In this document: piece by piece, positions 26,300 through 36,331 of the stretch
Position numbering within the stretch: the stretch's first letter is position 1
Layout of the letters: each line of letters opens with the position of its first letter
The notes under the pieces: generated by a model
What the model was told of the DNA's origin: nothing
The model's database searches: none
Seen by the model: only the letters and a program-made list of their open reading frames with translations
NCBI GenBank assembly: GCA_041736305.1
Contig: JBGSTX010000096.1
Span: 1-38,035, forward strand
Direction: 5' to 3'
DNA: 38,035 nucleotides
Source of the DNA: Oligoflexus sp.
GTDB taxonomy: Bacteria > Bdellovibrionota_B > Oligoflexia > Oligoflexales > Oligoflexaceae
Program-made: the position numbers and the translations under genes

Positions 26300-27007
26300 A
26301 TGTCTGGTCCACGGTGGGACGACGAGATGAAATTTGAGCTCTTCAGGCTCAAGAGCGAATTGCGCTCCGAGAATTTCCGCGTTCTTGCGACGCCTCTTGG
26401 TCTGGGGCGCATCACGCAGGACCCGTCACAAGCACGCCGTCCGGAAAAGTCTCTCTACCCAAGACTCGGGCATATCCCTGAGCCCGTTGCCACCAAACCA
26501 AGCCAGGTTCTCTTCCCTACTCCAGGCAAAGCCAAATCGCCTCATCAACTTTCGCCCATACAGTCCGTGTCTGCGCAAGATATGCTCCGCAGAACCTGGA
26601 CGCATGAGACGGAGGAAACTGACCTCTCGGCCCTGGCGGCACCCTTGCGAGGGGAATATCAAAGCAGCCTCATTTCGCGGGTTGGCTCCATAGTCTTGGC
26701 CCATGTCATCGATATGCTCTTCGTCGGACTCTGTCTCGCTCTTGGATTTGTGGTCCTGGTGCTGATCCTAGACCCCGCTCACCTGTCCTTGGCTCCCGAC
26801 GGTCTCCTCGAGTCGGTCCCTATGCAAGTCCTACGCAAGATTGAGGTATGGACGCTCTGCCTCGGTGTCTACCTGGTGTTTGCTCTCTACTGGCTTTTTT
26901 TCAGACTGGTTTCTGGAATCACCCTCGGCGAAAGCTGTGTGAATAATTTTCGCCTGAGCGAAGGAGAGATGGCGGCCGCACCAGGCAACGCTTCTACAGA
27001 AACCTGA
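26300..27007 (+). CDS. Membrane protein with low-complexity N-terminus and RDD-like C-terminal region
   Basis: R....LAHVIDML followed by two hydrophobic helices and Y........G.TLG, resembling RDD domains. Start uncertain (26300 or 26327). Confidence 0.6.
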   Translation: MSGPRWDDEMKFELFRLKSELRSENFRVLATPLGLGRITQDPSQARRPEKSLYPRLGHIPEPVATKPSQVLFPTPGKAKSPHQLSPIQSVSAQDMLRRTWTHETEETDLSALAAPLRGEYQSSLISRVGSIVLAHVIDMLFVGLCLALGFVVLVLILDPAHLSLAPDGLLESVPMQVLRKIEVWTLCLGVYLVFALYWLFFRLVSGITLGESCVNNFRLSEGEMAAAPGNASTET

Positions 27008-27017
27008 CTAGGCATCC

Positions 27018-27047
27018 TTGACAGTCTCAGATTGCGATATGTATAGT
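27018..27047 (+). promoter_or_regulatory. Putative sigma70 promoter
   Basis: TTGACA-N18-TATAGT upstream of the 27121 gene. Confidence 0.55.
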
Positions 27048-27120
27048 TGTGATAAGCCTACTACAATTACTATTTGTTTTTTTATCCACGGCCAGCGTCT
27101 CTAGGACGTCGGAGGTTGCC

Positions 27121-28017
27121 ATGAAGCGCTCGGGAGCTGTGAAATTCCCCCATTCGGTGCAGCTTTTTAAGTTTTGTCAGAAAGTCATGATGCACCAGAA
27201 GGGAAGCAAGGTTCGTGACCAAGAAATTGGTTCGATCCTGAATTTCAATCCCTCGGATTGCAGTCACTGGAAACGCGGCGAGAAGAACGTACGTTCGGTC
27301 TTCGCGCTTGCCAAACTCGCAGAAGCTCTCTCGGTTGAAACCTCGTTGATCCACGACCTCACCAGTGGCGCCATCGACCTCGACGAGGCTTATTTCGAGT
27401 ACATGGAGGCGCGGCACTACAAGGCTCTCAAAAGCCAAGTCAGAGAAGCTGGTGCCGATGAGCTGCGGGCGATTAGGGAGCGAGTGCTCGAGTTCGTTCA
27501 GCGCGTTCAGCAAGAGTGCGATTTCCAAACTCCCCCTCTCTATCTTCCTGAAGTTATGCGTACTTTCGCCTTTATCACGGTGCAACCGGTCGACATGCTG
27601 GACAAGCTCAGCCGCATTCTGCGCGTGAAAGCTGGTCAGTACTGCATTCAGTACAAAAAAGGCGATCTCAAGGCCCAGACCCGTATGTCTATGGTCAAGG
27701 ACCTAGCGCGCATCCTTTTCGAAGGCGAGCGCGGTCGCTTCCCTGAATTCGGAGCTAGTCCAGCCTCGCTTATCAGCTATGAGCAGCAAGTCTTCGTCGC
27801 CAATCTCCTCTTGCCTCGGACGATGCTCATGCTCGAACTCAACAAGCTCGATAGCCGTAAGAACGTCATTAGCGAGCTAGCTGCTGTGTTCTGGGTTCCG
27901 AAGTCCCTCATCAGCTTCCAGCTGCAAGATATCGTCTGCGATACCGTTCAAATCCAGCGCAATGCACTGGATCTTAGCCGCCGTCTCCCCGAGACGATGA
28001 GTCTACTGAGTTCTTGA
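27121..28017 (+). CDS. XRE-like HTH protein fused to a degenerate IrrE/ImmA (M78)-like domain
   Basis: HTH-like QEIGSILNFNPSDCSHWKRGEK...LAKLAEALSV. C-terminal RMSMVKDLARIL / E..VFVANLLLP / ELAAVFWVP follows the M78 layout without HExxH. GGAGG precedes ATG 27121. Confidence 0.7.
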   Translation: MKRSGAVKFPHSVQLFKFCQKVMMHQKGSKVRDQEIGSILNFNPSDCSHWKRGEKNVRSVFALAKLAEALSVETSLIHDLTSGAIDLDEAYFEYMEARHYKALKSQVREAGADELRAIRERVLEFVQRVQQECDFQTPPLYLPEVMRTFAFITVQPVDMLDKLSRILRVKAGQYCIQYKKGDLKAQTRMSMVKDLARILFEGERGRFPEFGASPASLISYEQQVFVANLLLPRTMLMLELNKLDSRKNVISELAAVFWVPKSLISFQLQDIVCDTVQIQRNALDLSRRLPETMSLLSS

Positions 28018-28041
28018 TTTTTTTCCTTCGATCGACAGTCG

Positions 28042-28070
28042 GGCGCTAGACTCTGGTCTAGCGCCTTTTA
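28042..28070 (+). terminator. Intrinsic terminator
   Basis: GGCGCTAGAC-tctg-GTCTAGCGCC, a perfect 10-bp stem followed by TTTTA. Confidence 0.8.
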
Positions 28071-28154
28071 TACTTTTCGGTGCATTTCGCGATTTTCCCG
28101 TCTTATCGCTAAGTTGAAATCCCACTTTCGGGCTCTTCTTCCCTCTTTCCAGCT

Positions 28155-28181
28155 TATATCTCGTCGCTTGCCCGCCGATAA
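28155..28181 (+). promoter_or_regulatory. Putative sigma28 (FliA) promoter
   Basis: TATA-N15-GCCGATAA with a perfect -10 element, 31 bp before the CheX-like gene. Confidence 0.55.
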
Positions 28182-28212
28182 GGGACCGTGACCCTTTACG
28201 ACGAGGCAGGCG

Positions 28213-29250
28213 GTGGATAGCGAACAAATCAAGATTCTCGCGAGCTTTATAGCTGATGCTTTTCGGCAAACCCTGCCTGAGCTTCAGCTCGAGTTGGTGG
28301 ACAATACCTACGAAGACGAAATCGTCAACTGGCCCGAAAGCATTATGGTCAGCATCATGCGCTTTCAAAGCGAAGCGATGAAAGGCACGGCGGTGTTGGG
28401 CTGCGACTTAGGGTTTCTCAAACGCTCGTGCCCTGCTTTCGAAGGTGATCATGAAGAACGCGATCTTTTTCTTCAAGACTGGATAGGCGAACTGAGCAAT
28501 CTCGTTCTCGGCCGCTTGAAGAACAAATTATTGCCTTTCGGAATCGTCCTCAAACTCAATCCACCCTCGGTTACTGAGGCCGGTGCCTCGATATTCGAAA
28601 CCTATGCTGTCCATGAAAGACAGCTGAAGCTCTGGTTCAGCTGCGATCAGGATTTTATTTGTCTTTCGTTCAGCCTCGATCTGGCCGCGAGCATCGATCT
28701 CCAGAATGAAAAGCCGCACAGTGATGCCCAGCTGCAACCCGGCGACGCGATCTATAGACTGAACGATCCCTACGGTGCCAAGCAGAATTACGATATGGTG
28801 TCCAAGGTACGATCTGGCGTCGACCTTGACGATGAACCAAGTGAAATCGCACTTTTCGACTTCGAGCTGACGAACGATTCGCGTCCCGAACGCGAAAGCT
28901 GGGCGTCTTCGTCTCCGTTTGCTTCAACGCCGCTTCCTTCAGCGCCGCCACCTCTTCTTAGCTCTCAAGGCAGCGGTAAGCTCGCCGTGCAAAAGTCGGA
29001 CATCGTGGATCCTCCAGCGGGCTCCCGGCCCCAGCTGCGAGGCCTGCGCTGGTTTAACGAAGATAGCGTCCTCATCACCTTCAGTGAACAGACATCTTAT
29101 GTGATTAGTTTGCGAGTTCTGCTGCTGCAAGGAACCCAGATCCTTAATCTCGAAGGTTATGCCATACATCTTGTTCAAAATGGCCCAGTCATGCAGCTCT
29201 TGATACCCGAGCTGCAGTTGACGCTGGAGCATGGAGGCCAAGCCGCCTAG
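28213..29250 (+). CDS. CheX/CheC-like chemotaxis phosphatase domain protein with long C-terminal extension
   Basis: QDWIGELSNLVLGRLKN (D..GE..N) followed by PPSV, then a Pro/Ser-rich linker and a small beta-rich C-terminal domain. Confidence 0.7.
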   Translation: MDSEQIKILASFIADAFRQTLPELQLELVDNTYEDEIVNWPESIMVSIMRFQSEAMKGTAVLGCDLGFLKRSCPAFEGDHEERDLFLQDWIGELSNLVLGRLKNKLLPFGIVLKLNPPSVTEAGASIFETYAVHERQLKLWFSCDQDFICLSFSLDLAASIDLQNEKPHSDAQLQPGDAIYRLNDPYGAKQNYDMVSKVRSGVDLDDEPSEIALFDFELTNDSRPERESWASSSPFASTPLPSAPPPLLSSQGSGKLAVQKSDIVDPPAGSRPQLRGLRWFNEDSVLITFSEQTSYVISLRVLLLQGTQILNLEGYAIHLVQNGPVMQLLIPELQLTLEHGGQAA

Positions 29251-29356
29251 GTTTTTCTTCCCACACTAGCGCTTGTGCCTCAGACCCTTTTCCGCTTCAA
29301 TGGTCCGGAATCAACTCTCCTTCTGCGGAGAGCTACATCCGTATGAGGCCATCTTC

Positions 29357-30661
29357 ATGTCGTTTCCGATTCCTGCCTGCTGCTGGCGAGTTATCCAAAG
29401 CCTAGTTTTTGGCAGCGCTTTAGCTTTCGGATTGGAGGCCAGGCTCGCAGCTGCCGAGGTCTTGACTTGGACTAAGTCAGTCCAAGAAACTAGCCGTAAC
29501 AACGCCGAGTTGCGCACAGCAAAAGAGAACCTCAACGCCGCTCAGCAAGGCGTCAAAGGCAGCCGGGCCAACTACTACCCGCAGGTGACAGGCAGCGTCG
29601 GGACTACTTACTCACAAACAAGAACGCCCGGGCAGCCTCTTGCGGCGAATGATCCGCAAGAGGGCTACAACGCTTCGCTCTCGATAGCTCAAAACCTCTT
29701 TTCTGGATGGGCCGATACCGCAAGAGTGGATCAGGCCAAGTCTCAACTCAGCGTCAGCAACCTGCAGCTAGCAGTCGAAAAGGCTCGTATCAGCAGTGAG
29801 CTAAAAGCCGCTTATGCGGGTCTCATCCTAGCCCAGCGCTCAACGAAGCTGCAGTTAGACATCATCCGTCGTCGCGAGGAGAACCTTCGTCTGGTCGAAC
29901 TTCGCTATGAAAGCGGTCGCGAAAATAAGGGTTCGGTCTTACTTTCTCAAGCTTACCTCGATCAGGCTCGCTTCGAGGCTCTGCAGGCGAAGAATAATCT
30001 GCGCGTGGCTCAGACCGAAGTGGCCCGTATTCTGGGGCGTGATGGGCCCTCAGATTTTCAAGTGAATGATGAAGTGCCGACCGGCAATCCAGGAACTCTT
30101 CCGGACTTTAGAGCTGTCGCTCTGCAGACTCCGGAAGCCCAGCAGGCGCTGGCCCGTTTGGAAGGGGCCCAGGCCGAGCTAGTCGTGTCGCGAGCCGGAT
30201 ATTTTCCCAACGTCAGTCTCAGTGGGAGCATAGGTCGTCAGGGAGAAGAGTGGTTTCCTGAGAGTGAAGCTTGGTCGCTCGGCCTCACGCTGTCTTATCC
30301 ACTCTTCAGTGGCGGCCGCGATCGGGCGGCTTCAACTGCGGCTGTGGCGCAAGTGAATGCGGCCACTGAAACTCGTCTTACCGTCCAGAGGACTCTGCTC
30401 ACGCAGCTGGAGCAAACTTTCTCTGCCTGGACCGAGGCCGTCGAGTCACTGAAAGTCGAAAGTAGCTTTCGCGAGGCTGCCGCCATGCGAGCCGAGATCG
30501 CCCGCAACAAATATAATAATGGCTTGATCTCCTTCGAGGACTGGGATCTCATTGAATCTGAATTGATAGGCAGACAGCGAAGCGTTTTGACAAGTCAGCG
30601 CCAAAGGGTGGTCGCGGAGGCGAGCTGGGAACGAATTCAGGGTAAAGGGGTAATTCCGTGA
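29357..30661 (+). CDS. TolC family outer-membrane efflux protein
   Basis: Signal peptide, two OEP repeats (YYPQVTGS, YFPNVSLSGS, YPLFSGG), RYESG and KYNNG. Lies directly before the MFP and ABC genes. Confidence 0.9.
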   Translation: MSFPIPACCWRVIQSLVFGSALAFGLEARLAAAEVLTWTKSVQETSRNNAELRTAKENLNAAQQGVKGSRANYYPQVTGSVGTTYSQTRTPGQPLAANDPQEGYNASLSIAQNLFSGWADTARVDQAKSQLSVSNLQLAVEKARISSELKAAYAGLILAQRSTKLQLDIIRRREENLRLVELRYESGRENKGSVLLSQAYLDQARFEALQAKNNLRVAQTEVARILGRDGPSDFQVNDEVPTGNPGTLPDFRAVALQTPEAQQALARLEGAQAELVVSRAGYFPNVSLSGSIGRQGEEWFPESEAWSLGLTLSYPLFSGGRDRAASTAAVAQVNAATETRLTVQRTLLTQLEQTFSAWTEAVESLKVESSFREAAAMRAEIARNKYNNGLISFEDWDLIESELIGRQRSVLTSQRQRVVAEASWERIQGKGVIP

Positions 30662-31641
30662 CAGAGGCCCGATCGCAGTCGAAGAAATACATCTGGATTT
30701 TCTTGCTAGTCCTCGTATTGGGAGGAGGCTATGCCGCGTACCGCTATAAAACGAAAGGTCCGCCTCCACCTACGTATCGTGAGGTGACAGTCGAGGAAGG
30801 AGATTTGAAGATCACCATTCTCAGTACAGGGGTGGTGGCGCCGCAGAATCGTTTGGAAATCAAACCACCCATACCTGGTCGCATCGAAAGAGTGCTGGTG
30901 CAAGAAGGGGAAAGGGTTAAGAAGGGTCAGATTCTGGCCTGGATGAGCTCTAGCGAACGCGCGGCATTGCTCGACGCGGCTCGATCCAAAGGAGCGGAGG
31001 AAGTGAAGCGTTGGGAAGGAATCTATCGTCCCACACCCATTATCGCTCCCATCGCCGGCATGATTATCTTGAAGAGCGTCGAGCCGGGCCAGAGCTTCAC
31101 CAACGCTGATTCCGTCTTGGTGATTTCGGATCGCCTAACAGTTAAGGCTCAGGTGGATGAGACCGATCTTTCGCAGATCAAACAGGGGCAAACGGCGCAG
31201 ATAGTCCTCGACGCTTATCCGAAAGAATCAATTATGGCCCACGTGGATAAGATTGCCTACGATGCGAAACCCGTGAACAACGTCATCACCTATGTCGTAG
31301 ACGTAGTGCCTGATGAAACGCCCACGACGATGCGCAGCGGTATGACTGCGAATGTGACTTTCATGCTGGAAACCCGTGAGAAGGTCCCCCTCCTCCCCAG
31401 CGAGGCTCTAAAACTCAATGAGAGCGAAAGCGGAGGTTTCTACGTCCTGACAAAGAATCCGGCTCCTGAAGGCGAAGCTCTCAGGCGCGAAGTTACCACC
31501 GGCCTCACTGATGGCAAGCAGACCGAGATTCTGAGCGGGCTCAAAGTCGGTGAGACAGTCCTGATTCAAGAAGTCGTCATGCAAGGTGAGAATGATAAAA
31601 GCAGCCCTCTATCACCTTTCGGCGGACGCCGTCGGAGATAA
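30658..31641 (+). CDS. macA: MacA-like periplasmic adaptor (membrane fusion protein)
   Basis: N-terminal TM helix, lipoyl halves ([20 protein letters not shown] / IIAPIAG), [20 protein letters not shown]. Confidence 0.85.
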   Translation: MTEARSQSKKYIWIFLLVLVLGGGYAAYRYKTKGPPPPTYREVTVEEGDLKITILSTGVVAPQNRLEIKPPIPGRIERVLVQEGERVKKGQILAWMSSSERAALLDAARSKGAEEVKRWEGIYRPTPIIAPIAGMIILKSVEPGQSFTNADSVLVISDRLTVKAQVDETDLSQIKQGQTAQIVLDAYPKESIMAHVDKIAYDAKPVNNVITYVVDVVPDETPTTMRSGMTANVTFMLETREKVPLLPSEALKLNESESGGFYVLTKNPAPEGEALRREVTTGLTDGKQTEILSGLKVGETVLIQEVVMQGENDKSSPLSPFGGRRRR

Positions 31642-31643
31642 AA

Positions 31644-33599
31644 ATGATCGAGATCCGTGGGGTTCACAAAACTTACCAGATGGGCGAAGAACTCGTACAC
31701 GCTTTGCAGGGTGTCGACCTTCGCATAGAAGATGGCGATTTCGTCGCCATCATGGGCCCATCCGGATCCGGTAAATCTACGCTCATGCACGTACTGGGAC
31801 TGCTCGATGTACCCGATTCAGGCAGCTATCTCCTCAACGGGCGCGAAGTGGCTAAACTCAGCGAGAACGAGCTCGCCCTGATGCGACGCGAAGCAATAGG
31901 TTTTATTTTTCAGCAGTTCAATCTCTTACCCCGCATGAGCGCACTCGAGAACGTCGCCCTGCCCCTCATCTACTCTGAACGAAAAGCGGACCTGACGCGC
32001 GCTCAAAGTCTCTTGGAACAGGTCGGACTTGGATCGAGGGTTCTCCATAAACCTAACGAGCTTTCGGGAGGCCAGCAGCAGCGCGTAGCGATTGCGCGCT
32101 CGCTCATCAATAAGCCTGGAATGGTACTCGCCGACGAACCGACCGGGAATCTCGACTCAAAAAGCGAAAAAGATATCATGGCTGCGCTGAAGGAGCTGAA
32201 TGCCGCTGGCATTACCGTCATCATCGTCACGCACGAAGACGAGATTGGTCTACAGGCGAAACGATTGATTAGGATGCGCGATGGAGTGATCCAGTCAGAC
32301 GAGAGACTGGCGCCCGCACCCGACAAGTCCACGGATCCCCTCAAGGAAAAGTCTAAGCAAAGCAAGCCGAGCACCGCAATTTTTGGCGAAATCTTCCAAC
32401 ACTTTCAGCAGGGCATCAAAACCCTGACAGCCAATAAGATCCGTACCGCCCTCTCGATGCTCGGGATCCTGATCGGCGTCACCGCCGTCGTCACCATGCT
32501 TGCTTTGGGACGTGGCGCGCAGCAAGCGATCACGGATCAACTCTCGAGTTTGGGTTCTAACCTCCTCGTACTACGCGCTGGATGGGTTCGCACGCCGGGT
32601 GGTGGCATGCAGCAGGGAAGTGCAGTGCGTCTACTGCCGGAAGATGCTGCTGTCATCAAACAGCTGCCTGCTGTGAAAAATGTTTCAGCTACTGTTAACG
32701 GCGACGCACAGGCGACTTTCGGCAACAAAAATTGGGCGACCTCTATCATGGGCGTTTCGCCCAGTTACGCAGCGATGCGAGCGGCGCAACCAGCATTTGG
32801 CCGCTTTTTTACCGAAGAAGAGAGCCGGAGTCGAGCACGCGTCGCAGTCATCGGTGTAACAGTCTCTAAAGAGCTATTTGGGGACAAGAATCCACTGGGT
32901 GAATCGATCAAACTCAACCGAACTAGCTGGCAGGTAATCGGTATTCTCCCACGCAAAGGAGCCAGCGGTTGGCGCGACCAAGATGATATGGTCCTACTCC
33001 CCTTGCAGAGCGCGATGTATCGCTTTCTGGGCAAAAACTCGCTAGATTCTATCGATATCGAAGTAAGCGATGCATCGAGGACCGAGGAGGTCAAGAGCAA
33101 GGTCCTCGAAACTATGTTTAGCCGCAAAAACGTTCCGACCTCGCAAAGGGAGGATGCGTTTATGGTCCACAACATGGCGGACATTCAAGCTGCGCTCTCG
33201 GAGAGCACGAAAGTCATGACGGCGCTGCTAGCAGCCATTGCCTCAATTTCGCTTCTAGTGGGCGGGATAGGGATCATGAATATTATGCTGGTCTCCGTTA
33301 CCGAAAGAACCCGCGAGATCGGTCTGCGCAAAGCTGTTGGAGCTACCAGGGGCGATATCCTCGCCCAGTTTCTGGTCGAATCTGTGGTGATCAGCCTCGT
33401 TGGTGGGATTGCGGGAGTTGCGCTCGCTTGGATCTTGACGCTGATCTTGGGTCAATGGACGGGCTGGACCACCGTCATCACTCTTTCATCCGTTCTGCTA
33501 GCTTGCCTATTTTCGATGGGTGTCGGTGTCATATTTGGAATCTACCCAGCCCGCAAAGCTTCACGCTTAGCCCCAATCGATGCCCTGCGCTATGAATAG
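31644..33599 (+). CDS. macB: MacB-family ABC transporter (ATPase plus FtsX-like permease)
   Basis: [63 protein letters not shown]. Confidence 0.93.
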   Translation: MIEIRGVHKTYQMGEELVHALQGVDLRIEDGDFVAIMGPSGSGKSTLMHVLGLLDVPDSGSYLLNGREVAKLSENELALMRREAIGFIFQQFNLLPRMSALENVALPLIYSERKADLTRAQSLLEQVGLGSRVLHKPNELSGGQQQRVAIARSLINKPGMVLADEPTGNLDSKSEKDIMAALKELNAAGITVIIVTHEDEIGLQAKRLIRMRDGVIQSDERLAPAPDKSTDPLKEKSKQSKPSTAIFGEIFQHFQQGIKTLTANKIRTALSMLGILIGVTAVVTMLALGRGAQQAITDQLSSLGSNLLVLRAGWVRTPGGGMQQGSAVRLLPEDAAVIKQLPAVKNVSATVNGDAQATFGNKNWATSIMGVSPSYAAMRAAQPAFGRFFTEEESRSRARVAVIGVTVSKELFGDKNPLGESIKLNRTSWQVIGILPRKGASGWRDQDDMVLLPLQSAMYRFLGKNSLDSIDIEVSDASRTEEVKSKVLETMFSRKNVPTSQREDAFMVHNMADIQAALSESTKVMTALLAAIASISLLVGGIGIMNIMLVSVTERTREIGLRKAVGATRGDILAQFLVESVVISLVGGIAGVALAWILTLILGQWTGWTTVITLSSVLLACLFSMGVGVIFGIYPARKASRLAPIDALRYE

Positions 33600-33618
33600 C
33601 AGGCAGCGTATGCGCTAG

Positions 33619-34377
33619 TCACGAACTCAAAAGAGCGGCAGGTATCCCGAGAAGAGCGCCAAAGACCCCACCCCAGACGACGAGCCAGCCGAGGTGGGAT
33701 CGAATCATGTCCTGGATGATTTCCTTCACCATGTCCGGCGTCAGTTCATCTAATCTGGCCTGTACGACCTGCTCGATTTTTTGGGTCCAATCGTCAGAGG
33801 AGAAGTCGTCGGCCACCACTTTCTTAATGATCGTCGAAAAGCGCTCGGATTGAATAATTTCGCTAATAGCCTCGCGCATTTTTTGCTCAAAAGGCTGACG
33901 CAGAGTACCCTTGAGAGCCTCTGGTCCGCCGAACATAGCGAGCATAGGACCGAAGGAGGTGGCCTGAACGGCTGCCATAAGTTTAGTTAAGAGCAGCTCG
34001 AAGTCGATCGCTTCAATCAAAATATGCGCTTCAAAAGACTTGCCGCTCTTCCCACCAAGAAAGCGGCTGATATTATCCGCGGTAAAGAACTGCTTCATCA
34101 TCATCGAGCGAATCCCACTCTTAAACTCCTCGAATTTCAGAGGGATAACACCTGATCCGTAAAGTCCCGGAATGCGTTCGAAAAGCATGTAAATAGCAAG
34201 CCAGTTGGTAATAGCCCCGGATAAGGCGAACCATCCCATGCTCTGTAAGAGTTTTTGACCTACCGGAGAAAGATAGCCAAGAACTACCAAAAGGGCAGAT
34301 AAAAGATTCGTCAAGAAGCTCTTATCTCGCCAATCGAAAGTTCCAAATATTCGGCTGGAATTTCCAGCAAAACTCAT
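33619..34377 (-). CDS. DUF445-like membrane protein
   Basis: FALSGAITNWLAIYMLF, GSGVIP, LTPDMVKEI, HLGWLVVWGGVFGALLG. Confidence 0.75.
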   Translation of the reverse strand: MSFAGNSSRIFGTFDWRDKSFLTNLLSALLVVLGYLSPVGQKLLQSMGWFALSGAITNWLAIYMLFERIPGLYGSGVIPLKFEEFKSGIRSMMMKQFFTADNISRFLGGKSGKSFEAHILIEAIDFELLLTKLMAAVQATSFGPMLAMFGGPEALKGTLRQPFEQKMREAISEIIQSERFSTIIKKVVADDFSSDDWTQKIEQVVQARLDELTPDMVKEIIQDMIRSHLGWLVVWGGVFGALLGIPAALLSS

Positions 34378-34514
34378 AAAAATCTCCTCGTTTGCGAGCA
34401 CCGTAGGCCTAAGATATTAGCGCGTATTCCCGACTTGTCCAGCGTCCATTGACGAGTCTCAAAGCTGTCTTGGCCAAAAAATCTTAGCTCGACTAAAATT
34501 TTTAGCTTGGCTTA

Positions 34515-34561
34515 GCTGCATAATGGTGCAAATATGCGTATGGAAAGTATTTTTATGCATT
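34515..34561 (+). promoter_or_regulatory. Two ARG-box-like ArgR operator sites upstream of argR
   Basis: gcTGCATaatgGTGCAaa (34515-34532) and aaAGTATttttATGCAtt (34544-34561) compared with consensus TGnAT-wwww-ATnCA. Confidence 0.6.
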
Positions 34562-34583
34562 TAAGACGCATAAGGTAGTCGTC

Positions 34584-35003
34584 ATGCTGGATCAGAATCG
34601 CTTGAGCATCATCGCTGACATTATTCGCAATCATAAGGTCGGCAACCAGCAGGATCTGCAGGGGCATCTGAAGGCCTACGGCTTTGAAACCACCCAGTCG
34701 AGTATTTCTCGCGATTTGAAGAAGCTGGGGGTCGTGAAGGTCGAAGGCTTTTATAAAACTCCGAGCATCGCTCCCGGTGAGTCGACCAAGGTCGATCGGC
34801 TCGATGCGACTACGGCGGGTGATAATCTCATCGTCCTCAAGACCGGGCCGGGCAATGCAAATCGGGCTGGTGTGATAATCGATAAGGCCAACATACCTGG
34901 TATCCTCGGAACTATTGCAGGCGACGACACGATCTTCGTAGCTGTCGCGAACCGTCAGCAGCAAGCTAAGGTACTGCGCAAAGTCTTTGCGCTTTTTGAT
35001 TAA
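34584..35003 (+). CDS. argR: Arginine repressor
   Basis: TQSSISRDL (SR motif), KT.PG.A, GTIAGDDTIFV. Precedes argG and argH. Confidence 0.94.
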   Translation: MLDQNRLSIIADIIRNHKVGNQQDLQGHLKAYGFETTQSSISRDLKKLGVVKVEGFYKTPSIAPGESTKVDRLDATTAGDNLIVLKTGPGNANRAGVIIDKANIPGILGTIAGDDTIFVAVANRQQQAKVLRKVFALFD

Positions 35004-35009
35004 GCGATA

Positions 35010-35060
35010 TGTCTCATAAGCAAGGAACGATCTACTGAAGTCTTTACTTATGAGACAGCC
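35010..35060. repeat. Intergenic inverted repeat (REP/MITE-like)
   Basis: TGTCTCATAAG (35010-35020) pairs with CTTATGAGACA (35047-35057). The stem extends to about 17 bp with one mismatch. Confidence 0.6.
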
Positions 35061-35108
35061 AATAGTCGTGAGAAATCACGCATTCTGATTTAGATAAGGA
35101 GCGGAGAT

Positions 35109-36314
35109 ATGCAAGGCGTAAAGAAGATAGTTCTCGCGTATTCAGGGGGTCTCGATACCTCGGTCATGTCTAAGTGGATCAAAGAAACTTATGGCTGCGA
35201 AGTTGTAGCTTTTACAGCCGATATCGGTCAGGGAGCCGAGCTCTCGGGTCTCAAAGAAAAGGCCTTGAGCACCGGCTGTTCGTCAATCTTCATCGAAGAT
35301 CTCAAAGACGAATTCGTCCGCGACTACGTATTCTATGCTGTCAAAGCCAAGGCTGTTTACGAAGGCCACTATCTTCTCGGTACCTCGGTTGCACGCCCTG
35401 TTATCGCCAAGCGCCAGATCGAGATCGCGCAGCAAGTCGGCGCCGATGCTGTAGCTCACGGAGCTACCGGCAAGGGTAACGACCAGGTACGTTTCGAGCT
35501 GACCTACTACAGTCTCAAACCTGACATCAAGGTTATCGCACCTTGGCGTTCGTGGCCGTTCAAGTCGCGGACCGATCTCATCCGCTATGCGCATGAACAT
35601 AAGATCCCAGTCACAGCAACGGCCAGTAAGCCCTATTCGATGGATGCCAACCTCATGCACGTGAGCTACGAGGGCGGCATTCTTGAAGATCCTTGGGCTT
35701 CGCCTCCGGACGATATTTTTCTTATGACCAAGGGCCTGGAAAATACCCCAGACGAAGCTCTTACCCTGACGCTCAATTTTGAGCGCGGGGTGCCGGTCGC
35801 TATTGACGGTGAAGCGATGGCTCCCGTGGCTCTGCTGACTCGCTTGAATGAACTAGCGGGTATGCACGGCATTGGTCGCGTCGATGTAGTAGAAAACCGC
35901 TTTGTCGGAATGAAATCAAGGGGCGTCTACGAGACCCCTGGCGTTACCGTCCTGCATCAGGCCCACCGCGCTCTGGAGACGATCACTCTCGATCGTGAAG
36001 TGATGCGGCTCCGCGATAGTCTCTCGGTTAAAGTCGCCGAGATGATCTACAATGGTTTCTGGTTTGCTCCTGAGTTCCAGGCTATTCAAGGTATGATCGA
36101 AGGAATGATGCAGACCGTGACTGGCGACGTCAAGCTGAAGCTCTTTAAAGGCAATGTCACCACGCTCGGCCGTCGTTCGCCGCAGTCGCTCTACAGTGAG
36201 CAGCTGGCTACCTTCGAAGCTGACCAGGTCTACAATCAGGCAGACGCAGAGGGCTTTATCAAGCTCAACGCACTGCGGCTCAGAATGCGTGCCGAAGCGC
36301 AGGCTAAAGTCTGA
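35109..36314 (+). CDS. argG: Argininosuccinate synthase
   Basis: [48 protein letters not shown]. Confidence 0.98.
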   Translation: MQGVKKIVLAYSGGLDTSVMSKWIKETYGCEVVAFTADIGQGAELSGLKEKALSTGCSSIFIEDLKDEFVRDYVFYAVKAKAVYEGHYLLGTSVARPVIAKRQIEIAQQVGADAVAHGATGKGNDQVRFELTYYSLKPDIKVIAPWRSWPFKSRTDLIRYAHEHKIPVTATASKPYSMDANLMHVSYEGGILEDPWASPPDDIFLMTKGLENTPDEALTLTLNFERGVPVAIDGEAMAPVALLTRLNELAGMHGIGRVDVVENRFVGMKSRGVYETPGVTVLHQAHRALETITLDREVMRLRDSLSVKVAEMIYNGFWFAPEFQAIQGMIEGMMQTVTGDVKLKLFKGNVTTLGRRSPQSLYSEQLATFEADQVYNQADAEGFIKLNALRLRMRAEAQAKV

Positions 36315-36331
36315 AAAGGAGTTCGATCAAA

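Noticed and set aside
27121..28017. Prophage repressor, toxin-antitoxin or CBASS CapH/CapP-type defence locus
   Set aside because: No integrase, phage, toxin or defence genes nearby; flanking genes look chromosomal.
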